Below, piece by piece: positions 51,471-62,600 of a stretch of 64,000 bases of DNA. Each line of letters starts with the position of its first letter. The first letter of the stretch is position 1. Source of the stretch: Kiritimatiellia bacterium (GTDB taxonomy: Bacteria > Verrucomicrobiota > Kiritimatiellia > RFP12 > UBA1067). The stretch spans positions 272 through 64,271 of the forward strand of contig JAFSTA010000254.1 in NCBI GenBank assembly GCA_017450695.1, given 5' to 3'. The position numbers and the translations under genes were made by a program. The notes under the pieces were generated by a model, which made no database searches, was not told the origin of the DNA, and worked only from the letters and a program-made list of their open reading frames with translations.

Positions 51471-51603
51471 CGGAATTTAGGTTCAACGTTTCCAATCGGA
51501 GGTTCATTCCTACTGGATTCTTGGAACATTCTCTGCGTTCTCTGCCTCTTGCGCCTCTGCGTGAGACATTCAACCGCGGTTATTAGGTTTAACCCTCCCT
51601 ACG

Positions 51604-51652
51604 CCCCTTCGATGAGGGTGCCGAGGTTGGAGAACCACTTGAGGGACGGGGC
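51604..51652 (-). repeat. Remnant 3' end of a TetR-family gene (encodes ...NAPSLKWFSNLGTLIEGA*) directly after the AAA ATPase stop. Direct repeat partner of 53197-53250
   Basis: Nucleotide and encoded-peptide similarity to the TetR C-terminus at 53191-53250 (PHLEWISNLGILIEGQ*). Confidence 0.7.
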
Positions 51653-51655
51653 GTT

Positions 51656-52999
51656 CTACAGGAACATTGCCATGTAGATTGGCAGATGGCGGATGCCGTC
51701 CTTAACTACCAGATCCTTTGTGTAGAGGATACAGGGGGCATCGAGACGATCCTTGAACTTCTTCACGAACTTGTCCAGCGAAGCGTGATGTTGGTATGCT
51801 CCGCTCTTGACCTCGACGGGGCATATCATATCTCCCTTTCGCAAAAGGAAGTCTATCTCCACCCGCCCCTCGCCGTCGCCACGGTCCGGCCTGGAATAGA
51901 AATAGAGCTCCACGCCGTTTGCCGCAAACGCCTGCGCCACGGCGTTTTCCGCTATCATGCCTTCGTTCACCGACAGCTTGTCAAGCATAAGCGCACGGTA
52001 GAGTTCGTTTTCAGTGTACGGTCTGCTGGCAAACGTCTGCGCTATCAGCAAACCCGTGTCCGACGAGTACACTTTCTGCGTCGCGAAATCCTCGCTCAAG
52101 GCAAGCGCGACGTTCGGATCGGTGGCGTTCCTGGCGATGTTTACGATGTGCGACTCGGAAAGCCACCTGAACGATTTGGCGTATTCCCGCATCCGCGCGT
52201 CCGCATCCACGGCGGACAGCATGTATTTCTTCTCCTTCTTCGACAGCTGACCGGGTATCTGCTCGAAGATGCCGCGAATTTTCGGCGCGTCTATTCCGGC
52301 GTATTTCGATATGTCGTTCCCGTACAGTTTCAGGATGGAGCGCTTGATGCGGTCAACCCTGCCAAAGTCGCACGTCTTGACATATGCGTCCACGGCCTGG
52401 GGCATGCCCCCTACAAGGAGATATTCGCGGAAACGTTTCATTACCGCCTTGTGGATGGCCTCTCCCATGGGCCTCATCTCCACAAACGCCTTGCGGGCGA
52501 AATCCACCGAAATGGAATCGCCAACCGCCCAGCAGAATTCCTCGAAATCCATTGGGAACATTCCGATGGACTCCTCTTCCGATGGTATCGTGATGCCTTT
52601 TACGTTTTTCTTGATGGAAATGAGCGATCCTGTTTCAATGTAGTCGTAGCGCCCGTCGGCGACAAGGTACTTGATCAACTGACGCGCCTGGGGGCATTTC
52701 TGCACTTCGTCGAATACAATCAGGCTCTTGCGCCTCTCCAATCTCCTGCCATACGAGACCATGAGGAGGTTGAAAAGTCCGTCAAGGTCGTCGGGATGGT
52801 TGACAATCGCATCCACAACCCCCTCTTTGGGACGGTTGAAGTCTATGAGAATGGAGGAAGCGTATTCGCGTTTTGCAAACTCTTCGACAATGGAACTTTT
52901 GCCGACGCGACGCGCACCTTCGATTAACAGTGCCGTGCTACCGCACGACACCGCTTTCCATTCCGTCATCTTATCATAGATTTTTCGCTTGAAAAACAT
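51656..52999 (-). CDS. AAA-family ATPase with C-terminal DUF4143 domain
   Basis: Walker A GARRVGKS, Walker B LIVFDEVQ. 447 aa. GC about 50%, well below the flanking DNA. Confidence 0.85.
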   Translation of the reverse strand: MFFKRKIYDKMTEWKAVSCGSTALLIEGARRVGKSSIVEEFAKREYASSILIDFNRPKEGVVDAIVNHPDDLDGLFNLLMVSYGRRLERRKSLIVFDEVQKCPQARQLIKYLVADGRYDYIETGSLISIKKNVKGITIPSEEESIGMFPMDFEEFCWAVGDSISVDFARKAFVEMRPMGEAIHKAVMKRFREYLLVGGMPQAVDAYVKTCDFGRVDRIKRSILKLYGNDISKYAGIDAPKIRGIFEQIPGQLSKKEKKYMLSAVDADARMREYAKSFRWLSESHIVNIARNATDPNVALALSEDFATQKVYSSDTGLLIAQTFASRPYTENELYRALMLDKLSVNEGMIAENAVAQAFAANGVELYFYSRPDRGDGEGRVEIDFLLRKGDMICPVEVKSGAYQHHASLDKFVKKFKDRLDAPCILYTKDLVVKDGIRHLPIYMAMFL

Positions 53000-53190
53000 G
53001 GCATTCCTCGCGTTTCGCGATAGATTATATCATAAGTTATCACGAAAATGCAAGTTGCCAAACATTGTTTTCCCACGAAAACGTCAGTTGCCAGACATAA
53101 CATTCTCACGTTTTTCCTACTGTCATACACCCCCTGAGACAGGGGGTGTGGCGCAAAGCGCCGAGGGGGTATGCGGACGAGACGAGCTCC

Positions 53191-53810
53191 CTATTGCCCT
53201 TCGATGAGGATGCCGAGGTTGGAGATCCACTCGAGGTGCGGGACGGGGCTGATGCAGGGCCCATTCACGGGCTTGCCGGCGACACAGAGAACCGTGTAGA
53301 GGGTCTCGACGAACAGCTCCTGCTCCGAGACGCGGATGTCGAGCGTGCCGTCCTCCCGGGCCTTGCGGATGACGGTGTGGAACTTCTTCGCAAACACATT
53401 CACCGCCTCGTTGAGGGGCGCATCTGCTCGGCGGAGCACTCCACGTGCTTCACGTAGGTGTCGAAGTTGCGGTTGAACTTGAGAAGATCCTTGTGTGAGC
53501 GGTAAAGCTCGATGATGCTGTCGAGGTAGATCTCCATCTCCCCGAGGGCATCGAGCTGCGCGCCGTTCTTCGCGGCGTAGTTCCGCTCCACCTCTTCATG
53601 CATAGTATTCGTGGTGCCAAGCTCGATGACGAGGTCGGGTTTCGTCTTGAAGTAGCGGTAGAGCGTGACGATGCCGAGGACCGCCGCCTCGGCGATTTCC
53701 GTGAGTTTCACCGCCTCGATGGAGCAGGCGGCAAAGAGGCGGAACACCGCCTCCAGCACGCGTTTCCGGCGAACAGCCATCTCGGCCGCATCTTTCTTTG
53801 AATCTCTCAT
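53191..53810 (-). pseudogene. TetR/AcrR-family transcriptional regulator, frameshifted at a C4 homopolymer near 53420
   Basis: N-terminal HTH (LTEIAEAAVLGIVTLYRYF) in ORF 53400-53810. C-terminal ligand domain in ORF 53191-53439. One extra C in GCGCCCCTCAAC would restore a ~205-aa protein. Confidence 0.7.
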
Positions 53811-54175
53811 GGCGTCCGATGTGGTTGTTCGACTATCATATTGTAGTACTTCCCCTGCGCATGTGAAATCGGGAAGTTTTGGTGGCCTCCAACCTCGTCA
53901 TGCGCCCCTTGCGCGGGAGGGGCGTAATTTATTGCGCCTGTGTTGCCGAAAGCCTGAGCTTGAGGAATGGCAACGGCTTGTCGCCTACCAGCACATCCAC
54001 CGTGACGCGGCCGGAATCGACCGCCACGGGGAGCGACACCGGACAGGGTGACTGTGCCGTTGCCGGAAGCGATAGGCGCTTCGCACCAGCTGAGAAGCGG
54101 GGAAACTGAGAAGAAGAAACATGTGCAACGAATGGGAGGGCCGCGCCCCGTCGCGGCCGTTTCGGCGGGGCGGAA

Positions 54176-54265
54176 CTTGCTTTCGCTACGGGGAGTCCCG
54201 GAGTTTCGGAGACAGGGGTACTGTTCTCCCAACCTCCCAAACCCCCAGCACCGAAAGGAACGTTG
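54176..54265 (+). repeat. Repeat family A, copy 2
   Basis: Aligns with 77-168. Confidence 0.85.
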
Positions 54266-54504
54266 ATTTGTTGCCTTGCGGGGCAACAGAACAGAATGAA
54301 GCGAAGCTGAGAAGTAGGGGGAAACTGAAAGGCGGTCGCGACGGGGCGCGACACTCCCGGATAAGCGGGGGAAGCATTCCAGATTTTCCGGGCTTTCCGG
54401 AAATTTTTCCTAGCGTGACAAGTCCCGCGCCCCCTACGGGGACGCGGGTACAAAAATGGGGCGGCGCGGATACCCCGCACCGCCTCAATGCGATTGGCCT
54501 AAAG

Positions 54505-55428
54505 CTAGCTGAAGAGCCAGGTGGAGAGGTAGCGCTCGCCGGTATCCGGAAGAAGCGCGACGATCGTCTTGCCCGCGAACTCCTCGCGCTTGGAAAGTTC
54601 CAGCGCCGCCCACAGAGCCGCACCGGACGAAATACCGATCAGCAACCCTTCCTGTGCCGCCGCCGCACGGGCGGTCGCGCCCGCATTGTCGGCGGAAACC
54701 TGGACCACTTCACTCAGGAGTGTCGTATCGAGCACTTTCGGAACGAAACCCGCGCCGATTCCCTGAATCTTGTGGGGGCCGGGCTGTCCACCGGAAAGGA
54801 CGGGCGAGGTGTCGGGTTCAACGGCGAAGAGCTTGACCTCCGGATTTTTCTCCTTGAGATACTTGCCCGTCCCCGTAATCGTTCCGCCCGTACCGACACC
54901 CGCGACGAACGCCGCAACTTCCCCGTTGGTGTCGCTCCAGACCTCCGGTCCCGTTGTGCGGTAGTGGAAATCGGGATTCGCGGGATTCTCAAACTGCTGC
55001 AAGATGATCGCGCCGGGTGTCGCGTCGCGAAGCTCATTCGCCTTCGCGATCGCCCCTTTCATTCCGGCCGAACCGGGCGTCAACACGATCTCCGCGCCGT
55101 ATGCCGCCGCTAGCTTGCGGCGTTCGATACTCATCGTTTCGGGCATGGTGAGGATCAGATGATACCCCTTCACCGCTGAGACAAGCGCGAGTCCGACACC
55201 CGTGTTGCCGCTCGTCGGCTCGATGATGGTCGCACCGGGTTGGAGGATGCCGTCTTTTTCAGCGGCCTCGACCATCGCGAGCGCAATCCTGTCCTTCACG
55301 CTGCCGCCCGGATTGAAGAACTCGACCTTGGCGAGAACCCGCGCCGCGCCCTGATTGAGTTTCGGAGAGATTTCCACAAGCGGCGTACCGCCGACTTTCT
55401 TGAGGATGTTGGTGTTAATCGTACTCAT
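54505..55428 (-). CDS. cysK: Cysteine synthase A (O-acetylserine sulfhydrylase)
   Basis: PLP-lysine motif NPGGSVKDR and TSGNTG. 307 aa. Confidence 0.95.
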   Translation of the reverse strand: MSTINTNILKKVGGTPLVEISPKLNQGAARVLAKVEFFNPGGSVKDRIALAMVEAAEKDGILQPGATIIEPTSGNTGVGLALVSAVKGYHLILTMPETMSIERRKLAAAYGAEIVLTPGSAGMKGAIAKANELRDATPGAIILQQFENPANPDFHYRTTGPEVWSDTNGEVAAFVAGVGTGGTITGTGKYLKEKNPEVKLFAVEPDTSPVLSGGQPGPHKIQGIGAGFVPKVLDTTLLSEVVQVSADNAGATARAAAAQEGLLIGISSGAALWAALELSKREEFAGKTIVALLPDTGERYLSTWLFS

Positions 55429-55453
55429 TGCCTTTCCTTTCTGAATTGAATTC

Positions 55454-56335
55454 CTAGAACTGGTACTGAATCGAGAAGACGGCTCCCGAGCCGACCCCGA
55501 GATTCTTCGCCGAACCGCGCCGGTAGAACTTGTCCTTGTCGCCCGTCTCGGCGAACGCCGCCACGAGCGAAAGCCGATCCGTCACGAACCACGCGACATG
55601 CCCGTCGTAGTAGTCGTGGTTACGAATGCCGTCACCCGCATCCACGCCCTGCTTGTATTCCAGACCGATGGCGACATTCTTCGCCGGCAACACGTCAATG
55701 TTGCCGAACGCGACCGCATCGTACTCGTTGTGTCCGACAACGCCGTTCACCACCTCGTCGGAAAGCAGGACGCCGGCGGAGAGCAGGACTGGTACCGGTA
55801 ACTGCGTGATCAACTTTGTCGCCACCAGATAGGCGTCGAATCCGTCATCATCGAGTCCGAGCGCGTCAACCGTCTCCGAATCTGTGTACTTGTACACGCC
55901 GCCGACCGCGAACGCGGGCAACCACGCAGTGTCGAACGCGTTCTCGTCCAGAAACCGCAGTTTCGCACCAAGGTTGTAGGTGTTGATGTTCTTGTCGCCG
56001 TACTTGTGCGCGTTCACGAACCCGTACCCGGCGGAGACCTCCAGCCGATCGGCGAAGGTCAGCGCGGCGGAGGCCGCCCACCAGTTGATTCCCGCGTCGT
56101 TCAGATTGACGTACCAAAGCCCCGCCTGCGGCTTCGAGACGACCTTGTTCACGTCGTTCGACTCGCCGCCTTCCCACGGCAGACCAGCCGTGTACGCGAG
56201 TGGGTTGAAGGCGATACCGCCCGTACCCTGCAGGTTGTTCAGCGGGACACCCGCCCAAGCGGTTCCCGATCCGATTCCGAATGCCGCGACCGCAAGCGCG
56301 GCGCGAATGAGACTGTTGCTGTTCTTCTTGTTCAT
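55454..56335 (-). CDS. Outer-membrane beta-barrel protein (porin/transporter-like)
   Basis: Signal peptide. Alternating amphipathic strands. C-terminal ...FSIQYQF aromatic terminus. Confidence 0.55.
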   Translation of the reverse strand: MNKKNSNSLIRAALAVAAFGIGSGTAWAGVPLNNLQGTGGIAFNPLAYTAGLPWEGGESNDVNKVVSKPQAGLWYVNLNDAGINWWAASAALTFADRLEVSAGYGFVNAHKYGDKNINTYNLGAKLRFLDENAFDTAWLPAFAVGGVYKYTDSETVDALGLDDDGFDAYLVATKLITQLPVPVLLSAGVLLSDEVVNGVVGHNEYDAVAFGNIDVLPAKNVAIGLEYKQGVDAGDGIRNHDYYDGHVAWFVTDRLSLVAAFAETGDKDKFYRRGSAKNLGVGSGAVFSIQYQF

Positions 56336-56470
56336 GGTTCAAACTCCTTCTGTGGTTGGGACGCCTCGTTCCGGGGCGTCCTGTTTTTTCGCTGTTTCTG
56401 TCTGTGAATCGTTTGTTCAAAAGGAACCCCATCCGGCTTGGGGTGAAAGCCGGATGGCGTTCGACTCTGG

Positions 56471-57049
56471 CTAGGAAGCCTTTCCGAGCGCGGTCGCTTC
56501 CGGTACTTCGACCAACGCCCCCGTCTTGACATCGTAGATGTACCCGTAAATGGGGATGTACTTCGGAACGAGCGGATTCTCGCGAATCCTCCGGACATCC
56601 TCCACCACGCTGGCAGTCAGATCGGAAATCGGCAGGAAATCGATATGACGCGAATCGGCGCCGCCGTTCTTCGTCTCGTTGTACCAGCCATCCGGGCCGA
56701 GCGATGCCGTGTCCAGACTCTCGTCCAGCAGCGCGTGGATCACCGGGTTGGTGAACGTGAGCATCCCGCAGTCGCTGTGGTGGATCACGAACCATTCCTG
56801 CGTTCCGAGTAACTTGTGCGAGATGATCAATGACCGGATCGTCTCGTCGTTCACGCGTCCGCCGGCGTTGCGGATGACATGGGCGTCACCTTCCGCCAGC
56901 CCCGCAAACTTGGCGGGGTCGAGACGGGCATCCATACAGGTTACAATCGCGAAGTGACGGCCGGGCGGGATCGGCAGTTTGCCTTTCTCGCCAAAACCTT
57001 TTTGATAGGCGGCATTCGCCGCCAAAACCTCATCCAATACTTGACTCAT
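56471..57049 (-). CDS. Beta-class carbonic anhydrase
   Basis: Zinc ligands in CMDAR and HxDCG motifs. 192 aa. Confidence 0.85.
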   Translation of the reverse strand: MSQVLDEVLAANAAYQKGFGEKGKLPIPPGRHFAIVTCMDARLDPAKFAGLAEGDAHVIRNAGGRVNDETIRSLIISHKLLGTQEWFVIHHSDCGMLTFTNPVIHALLDESLDTASLGPDGWYNETKNGGADSRHIDFLPISDLTASVVEDVRRIRENPLVPKYIPIYGYIYDVKTGALVEVPEATALGKAS

Positions 57050-57099
57050 GGTTGTTCTCCTTTCTTTGTTATTCGGCAGTCAGGTTCGCCACAGCCGCG

Positions 57100-58395
57100 T
57101 TAGATTGCGGCCAGCGCGTCTTCCAACGCACCGATGATATCATCGATGTGTTCCAGTCCGATCGAGAGGCGTATCAGTTCCGGAGCGATGCCGCCTTTCG
57201 CCAAATCCTCCTCCGACAACTGTGAATGCGTGGTCGAAGCGGGATGAATGATCAGGCTTTTCGCATCGCCTACATTCGCAAGAATCGAGAAGATGTCGCC
57301 GTTCGCCGCGTCCGCGAGCTTCCTCGCCTCTTCCGAACCGCCTTTCACGCCGAACACGACCACGCCTCCCGCGCCGTGCGGCAGATACTTCGCCGCCAGT
57401 TCCGGCTGGGTGAGCGAGGGATATTTCACCCACGCCACCTTCGGATGCTTCTGGAGCCACTGGGCGACGGCAAGCGCGTTCTCGCTGTGCTTCGCGATAC
57501 GGAGCGGAAGCGACTCCACGCCCTGCAGGAAAATCCACGCCGCGTCCGGCGCGAGCGTTGGCCCCTGATTGCGAATGCCGACCGTCAGCAGACGGATCGA
57601 GAACGCGATCGGCCTCAGCGGTTCCGGCAGGTCGTGCGCGAAGCGCAGTCCGTGGTACCCGGCATCCGGTTCGTTGTAGAGCGCGAACTTGGGATCCGTC
57701 CAGTCGAAACGTCCCGCATCGACCACCACGCCCCCGATGCCCGCGCCATGCCCGCCGATCCATTTGGAGAGCGAGTGGATCACCAGATCGGCCCCATGGT
57801 CAATAGCCCGGAGGAGAGGCGGCGGCGTGAACGTCGCGTCCACCACCAGCGGCAGGTGATGCTTCTTCGCGATGGCGGCGTACCCCTCGATATCCGCAAT
57901 GTCGAGCGCGGGGTTCCCGACCGCCTCGATGAACAGCAACCGCGTCTTCTCGTTGATGGCCGCTTCGACCGCCGCGAAGTCATTCACCGGCGTGAAGTTC
58001 ACATGGATTCCGACATTCGGCAGAATCGCGTCAAACTGCGAGAAGGTGCCGCCGTACAGGTTGCTCGCCGCCACGATCTCGTCCCCCGCGCGGGCGATGT
58101 TCGTAATCGTGAAATAAATCGCCGCCGTACCCGAAGAAAGCGTCTGCGCCGCCGCGCCGCCTTCCAGCGCCGCGATCCGCTTCGCCAGCACATCGTTCGT
58201 CGGGTTCATCAGGCGAGCGTAGATGTTACCCAGCTCGCGTAGACCGAAGAGATCGGCGCCATGCTGGGAGTTGCGGAAATTGTATGCCGTGGTGCGGTAC
58301 ACCGGCACGGCCCGTGCGGATGTCGCGGGATCCCCATGCGGATCCTGTCCGGCGTGAATCGCCAGCGTCTCAATGTGGTATTTTCTCTCGCTCAT
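57100..58395 (-). CDS. metY: O-acetylhomoserine/O-acetylserine sulfhydrylase (PLP-dependent)
   Basis: Cys/Met-metabolism PLP enzyme. SLSKWIGGHG PLP-lysine. Start at MSERKYHIETL. Confidence 0.85.
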   Translation of the reverse strand: MSERKYHIETLAIHAGQDPHGDPATSARAVPVYRTTAYNFRNSQHGADLFGLRELGNIYARLMNPTNDVLAKRIAALEGGAAAQTLSSGTAAIYFTITNIARAGDEIVAASNLYGGTFSQFDAILPNVGIHVNFTPVNDFAAVEAAINEKTRLLFIEAVGNPALDIADIEGYAAIAKKHHLPLVVDATFTPPPLLRAIDHGADLVIHSLSKWIGGHGAGIGGVVVDAGRFDWTDPKFALYNEPDAGYHGLRFAHDLPEPLRPIAFSIRLLTVGIRNQGPTLAPDAAWIFLQGVESLPLRIAKHSENALAVAQWLQKHPKVAWVKYPSLTQPELAAKYLPHGAGGVVVFGVKGGSEEARKLADAANGDIFSILANVGDAKSLIIHPASTTHSQLSEEDLAKGGIAPELIRLSIGLEHIDDIIGALEDALAAI

Positions 58396-58646
58396 GTGGG
58401 TTCTCCTTTCGTGTGCTTGAACGGGACTTATCATAGCACTTCTTTCGGGTATCGCATAATCGGAAAATATTGATCTTGTCGATAGGAAATTCCTATGGAT
58501 TTCCGGAGAGGGGGAGGTAGCGATGTATGACAGGAACGGCGACGAACACGTCGCCGCACAGAACAAACACATGGTTGGATGGTTCGTTCGCCACCCGCGC
58601 ACCATTTTGCGGCGGCTTAAGGATAAGCCGCCCTACCAGCCACCAC

Positions 58647-59441
58647 CTACCACACGATGGTGCGGCATTCGAAGACGGGGCCGTCTTTGCAGACGCGCGC
58701 CAAGTACTCGCTTCCGTCCTTGCGACGGATTTTCTGCACGCACCCCAGGCAGGCGCCGACACCGCAGACCATTCGCTCGTCCAGCGACAGCCAGGCACGG
58801 CACCCTTCCGCCTCCGCCATCGCGCCAACCGCCCGCAGCATTCCCGTCGGACCGCAGGCGAAGATCTCCGCCTTCTTCCCTTCCTCGCGGAGTTGACGCA
58901 ACGTCTCTTCCAGCGGGACCGTCACCAACCCCTCCGTTCCGCGTGAACCGTCCTGTGTCGCAATCTTCACCGTCCAGCCGATCGGCCCGAAATCCTCCGC
59001 CGCCAGGATGTCCGCGGCGGTTCGTCCGCCGATCAGCGTGATTCCCCTACCCCCCGCGCGCGCGGCGAGGAAACTGAGCGGGGCAACGCCGTATCCGCCC
59101 GCCACGCAGACCGGCACGGTTCCCTTCGCGGGTTTGGGGAAACCGTTGCCGAGCGGACCGAGAACCGGAACCGTGTCCCCTTCCCGAACCCGGCTCAACG
59201 CACCCGAACCGCGTCCCACGACCTTGAACAGGATGCGCAGTTCCCCGCCTTCCGCGCCGTAAATGCTGAATGGACGCCGCAGGGCGCTCGTCTCTAGCCC
59301 GGGAACGCGGAGATGCACAAATTGTCCCGGACGTGCCCGGCCGGCAATCTGCGGCGCCTGCAACCGCAACGTCCAGTATTCCGCCCCGACCGGGGAAATC
59401 GACAACACCTTCGCCCCTTCGTCCCAACAATCCGTCTTCAT
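58647..59441 (-). CDS. PyrK-family FAD/NAD(P)-binding electron-transfer protein with C-terminal [2Fe-2S] cysteine cluster
   Basis: RPFSIYG FAD motif, GGYGVAPL NAD motif, C-x4-C-x2-C...C. No pyrD or asrA/asrC partner in the window. Confidence 0.65.
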   Translation of the reverse strand: MKTDCWDEGAKVLSISPVGAEYWTLRLQAPQIAGRARPGQFVHLRVPGLETSALRRPFSIYGAEGGELRILFKVVGRGSGALSRVREGDTVPVLGPLGNGFPKPAKGTVPVCVAGGYGVAPLSFLAARAGGRGITLIGGRTAADILAAEDFGPIGWTVKIATQDGSRGTEGLVTVPLEETLRQLREEGKKAEIFACGPTGMLRAVGAMAEAEGCRAWLSLDERMVCGVGACLGCVQKIRRKDGSEYLARVCKDGPVFECRTIVW

Positions 59442-59617
59442 GACCCTTCCTTTCCCCCGCGCGGCTCCAAGGCGCTACGCGCAGTTCCCAGTTCCGAAAG
59501 ATGCCTTCCGTGAGTTCCGTGGGTTGGACAGGCCATCCGCCGGCTCGTCCAATACGACACGTGACATACACGACTCATCCCGACCGCCTCGCCGCGACCG
59601 CCCCAGTACCGTTCCAA

Positions 59618-62600
59618 CTACGGACGCGTCGTCACCTTGACCGCGCCGTTCGTATGGACGGTAACATCCAGCACCGCATTGGTCCCCTGCAGTTCCGGCG
59701 GCGCGGGAGGCCCTGCCGGCTGCAACTCGTTTTTCGCCTCCAGATAGACCATCTGCGTCCGCACGCGGCGGATCTCCGTGTTGACAAGAGCCGCGGCGTC
59801 CATGTGTCCCGCCACCGTCAGCTTCTTTTGGAAATCGCGCAGTTTTTGCAGGTATTCTTCCGTGATGCCGATCACCCGTTCCGAACGTTTCCTGCGAATC
59901 GACACCTGCTCGTCCACATACCGCTGCTGCAGGACAGGCAGTTCAGGCGCCGCCAAGTCCGCGAGATTCCCCGCCGTCAGCTCGCGGTCGGCCTCGAACC
60001 GCCCGATCTCGTACCGCACACTCTCCCACCCGCTGTAGTTTCCGGCGCGCTGGTACTGATCCATCAGTTCATGCAGCTTGCCGAGATAGGCATCCGGCCA
60101 CGCGTCCATCTGCCCCGCGAATTCCTTCATCGCGGCGGTCAGCGTCTTCTCGTACTCCGCGCGCATCTGCTCCACATCGCGCAGACGGGTTTCTCCCGTG
60201 GTGGTGGAGAGAAGCACGACCTGGGGCGGTCCAGGTTCCGAGTCCGCCGCATGTTGCGCGGCGGCCAGCGTCTTCTCCGCCTCCAGCATCTCCGACGCGT
60301 TCTTGACACGCAGAATCTCGTCGTTCACGGATTTCGCCTCGTCGAGGTTTCCTTTCTTCGTCAGACCGCTCTGCAGTTCGGTCAACTCGTTCACATACTT
60401 CTTGCCGAGCGTCACCACCTTGCGGGAGTGTACGAGCCGCTGGTCACTCTGCAGCTGGCGGTATTTCTTCCACAGCAACTTCAGCTCAGAAGAGGCGGTG
60501 TTGGTCTCCGTGCCAGACGGCAGCAGGTGCGTTTCGTCGAAGCGTGTGATCTCCGACTGCACCTGCATGTATCCCTCGAAGTCACCCGACTCTTGCCGCA
60601 CTTGCTGGAGCTGCTCCAGTTCGTTCAGGTAAGACGTCGGCCATGTCTGATCGAAGTCGTGCATCTGCGCGGCGATACCCTCCAGCTGCCGCTCGTAGTC
60701 CCCCTTCTTCTTGCGCAACACCAGCGCCGTCTCGGAGACGGTCTTCACATTCGGCGCGTTCGTCGCGGCTGCGGTAACGGGGAGGGAAGCAGCCTTCTCG
60801 CCGCGCATGAAGAAATCGTTCAGCCCGCTCTTTGGCGGCAGAAGCGGGGTCACGCAATACTCCGTGAAATGCGGGATAATCCGTCCCGTCCAGTCATAGA
60901 AGGCGTGCGCCGGCTCATAGGCGAGCCGCAACGCGGTCGGGAACGGGGGCTTCTGGAAATGCGCCACGACCGGCAGACTGATCAGGTAGAACATCATCAT
61001 CACAAAGCAACAGACGAGCGTCCAGAAGGTGTTCCGCACGACCTCGTGCCGGTGGATCGCGCGCCGGATCTTCATCAGCTCCGGATCGTCCGACGCCACG
61101 ATGCGTTCCAGGTCGTTGTAGAGCCGCACCGTCGAATGCCACTCGCCGTTGTGGATGCACTGCTGGGCGCGCAGGATGTCGCGCTGGGCGGTGAGCGCCG
61201 GAATCTGCCGCAGCTCCGCCTCGAACTCGTTCCGGTCCTCCGCCAGCAGCCGGTACTGCTGGATGAACCTCGCCGCGCGTTCATAGTTCTCGGCATTCAT
61301 CTCGATGGGGATCTGCTCTTTGAGCTGTTCCCGGCGACGGATCAGGCGCCCCGCCTCTTCGCGCATGGTGGCGATTTCCTGCAGGTACTTCCGGCCCGAA
61401 GGCCCGGCCGGCTCAAACCCGTTGACGCGTCCCGCGTAGGAGACCACGCGGTCGTAACGTTGCAGCGACATCGCCTCCTTCATCTTCCTGATCAGCTGCT
61501 GCACGACCTCGTAGGCGCGCGCGTCGGCACCGCACGTACCGCAGTACTGAACGCCGACGAAGGTATCCGCGCCGCACTCTGGACACGACTCGCTGCCGTC
61601 CCATCCGCACTCCGCGCAGAACTTGGTGGTCAACGGATTCACCGCGTCGCACCACTTGCACCGCCAAGTCGTCTTGACCGTCGGGATCTCGATCCGCGTC
61701 TTGTTCTGCACTTTCTGCAACGCGTCCATAAACGCGGCGGCGGAAACCCAGCGCTGCTCCTTGTCGGTCGCGAGCGCCTTGACAACCAGTTCGCGCAGCG
61801 TGACGGGAATGTCCTGTTCACGGAAGTAGCGCGGGTTCTGTCCCGTCAGCATGAAATAGAGCAACGCCCCCAGCCCGTACACGTCCGAGCGCTCGTCCGT
61901 ATGCCGCGCGTCGCTCTCCTGTTCCGGCGCCCCATATCCGAGCGAGAGCAGCTTCTCGCCCGGCACCGTCAGCTGCGACTCGTCGAGTCCCGCCTGCTTG
62001 AGCCGCGCCAACCCGAAATCCACAATCGTCGGTTCGCTGATTTTGTCGAGCAGAATGTTGCTCGGGTTCAGGTCGCGGTGGATCACGCCACACGAGTGCG
62101 CGTACGCGACCGCCGAGGTGATCTTCAGAATCAGGTCGATAGACTCGTCTGCGGAAAGCGAGCCATGCCGGGAGACGTAGCGGTCCAGCGTGAGCGGCGG
62201 GTTCGGATTGACCAGCCCGCCCGCCTCGGTCTTCTTGCGGACGATCGTATCGTCAGGTCCCGCGATGTACTCCATCACGATGTACGGCCCGTCGTTGTCC
62301 TCCCCAAGTGCGTAGATATGGACGATGTGGTTGTGGCTCAGCGAGGCGACCGCACGCGCCTCGTGCAGAAACCGCTTGCGCAGGACGGCGATCGACTGCG
62401 CCTGATGGTTGAGTCGCTTGATCGCGACGAAACGCCCGAGCCGCTTGTCGCGCGCCAGATACACGATGCCCATGCCGCCGCTTCCGATTTTGCTGTAAAT
62501 CGTGTACTGGCTGAAGAGATCCTCGTTCCCCGGTTCCGAAACGGACTGATCTCCTTCCGGCGGGATTACAACCGTATGATCGCCGGACTCGCCGGAGACG

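Noticed and set aside
53128-53175. Rho-independent terminator at ACACCCCCTG-AGA-CAGGGGGTGT plus GGCGC-AAA-GCGCC hairpins
   Set aside because: Perfect stems but no adjoining U-tract on either strand. More likely a REP-like structural element.
53929-54480. 183-aa minus-strand ORF
   Set aside because: Spans repeat family A and intergenic REP-like sequence. Pro/Arg-rich, no homology signal. Likely spurious.
58396-58646. SAM riboswitch upstream of metY
   Set aside because: No S-box or SAM-II consensus helices recognisable. Only a GGCGGCTTA-N6-TAAGCCGCC hairpin without a U-tract.
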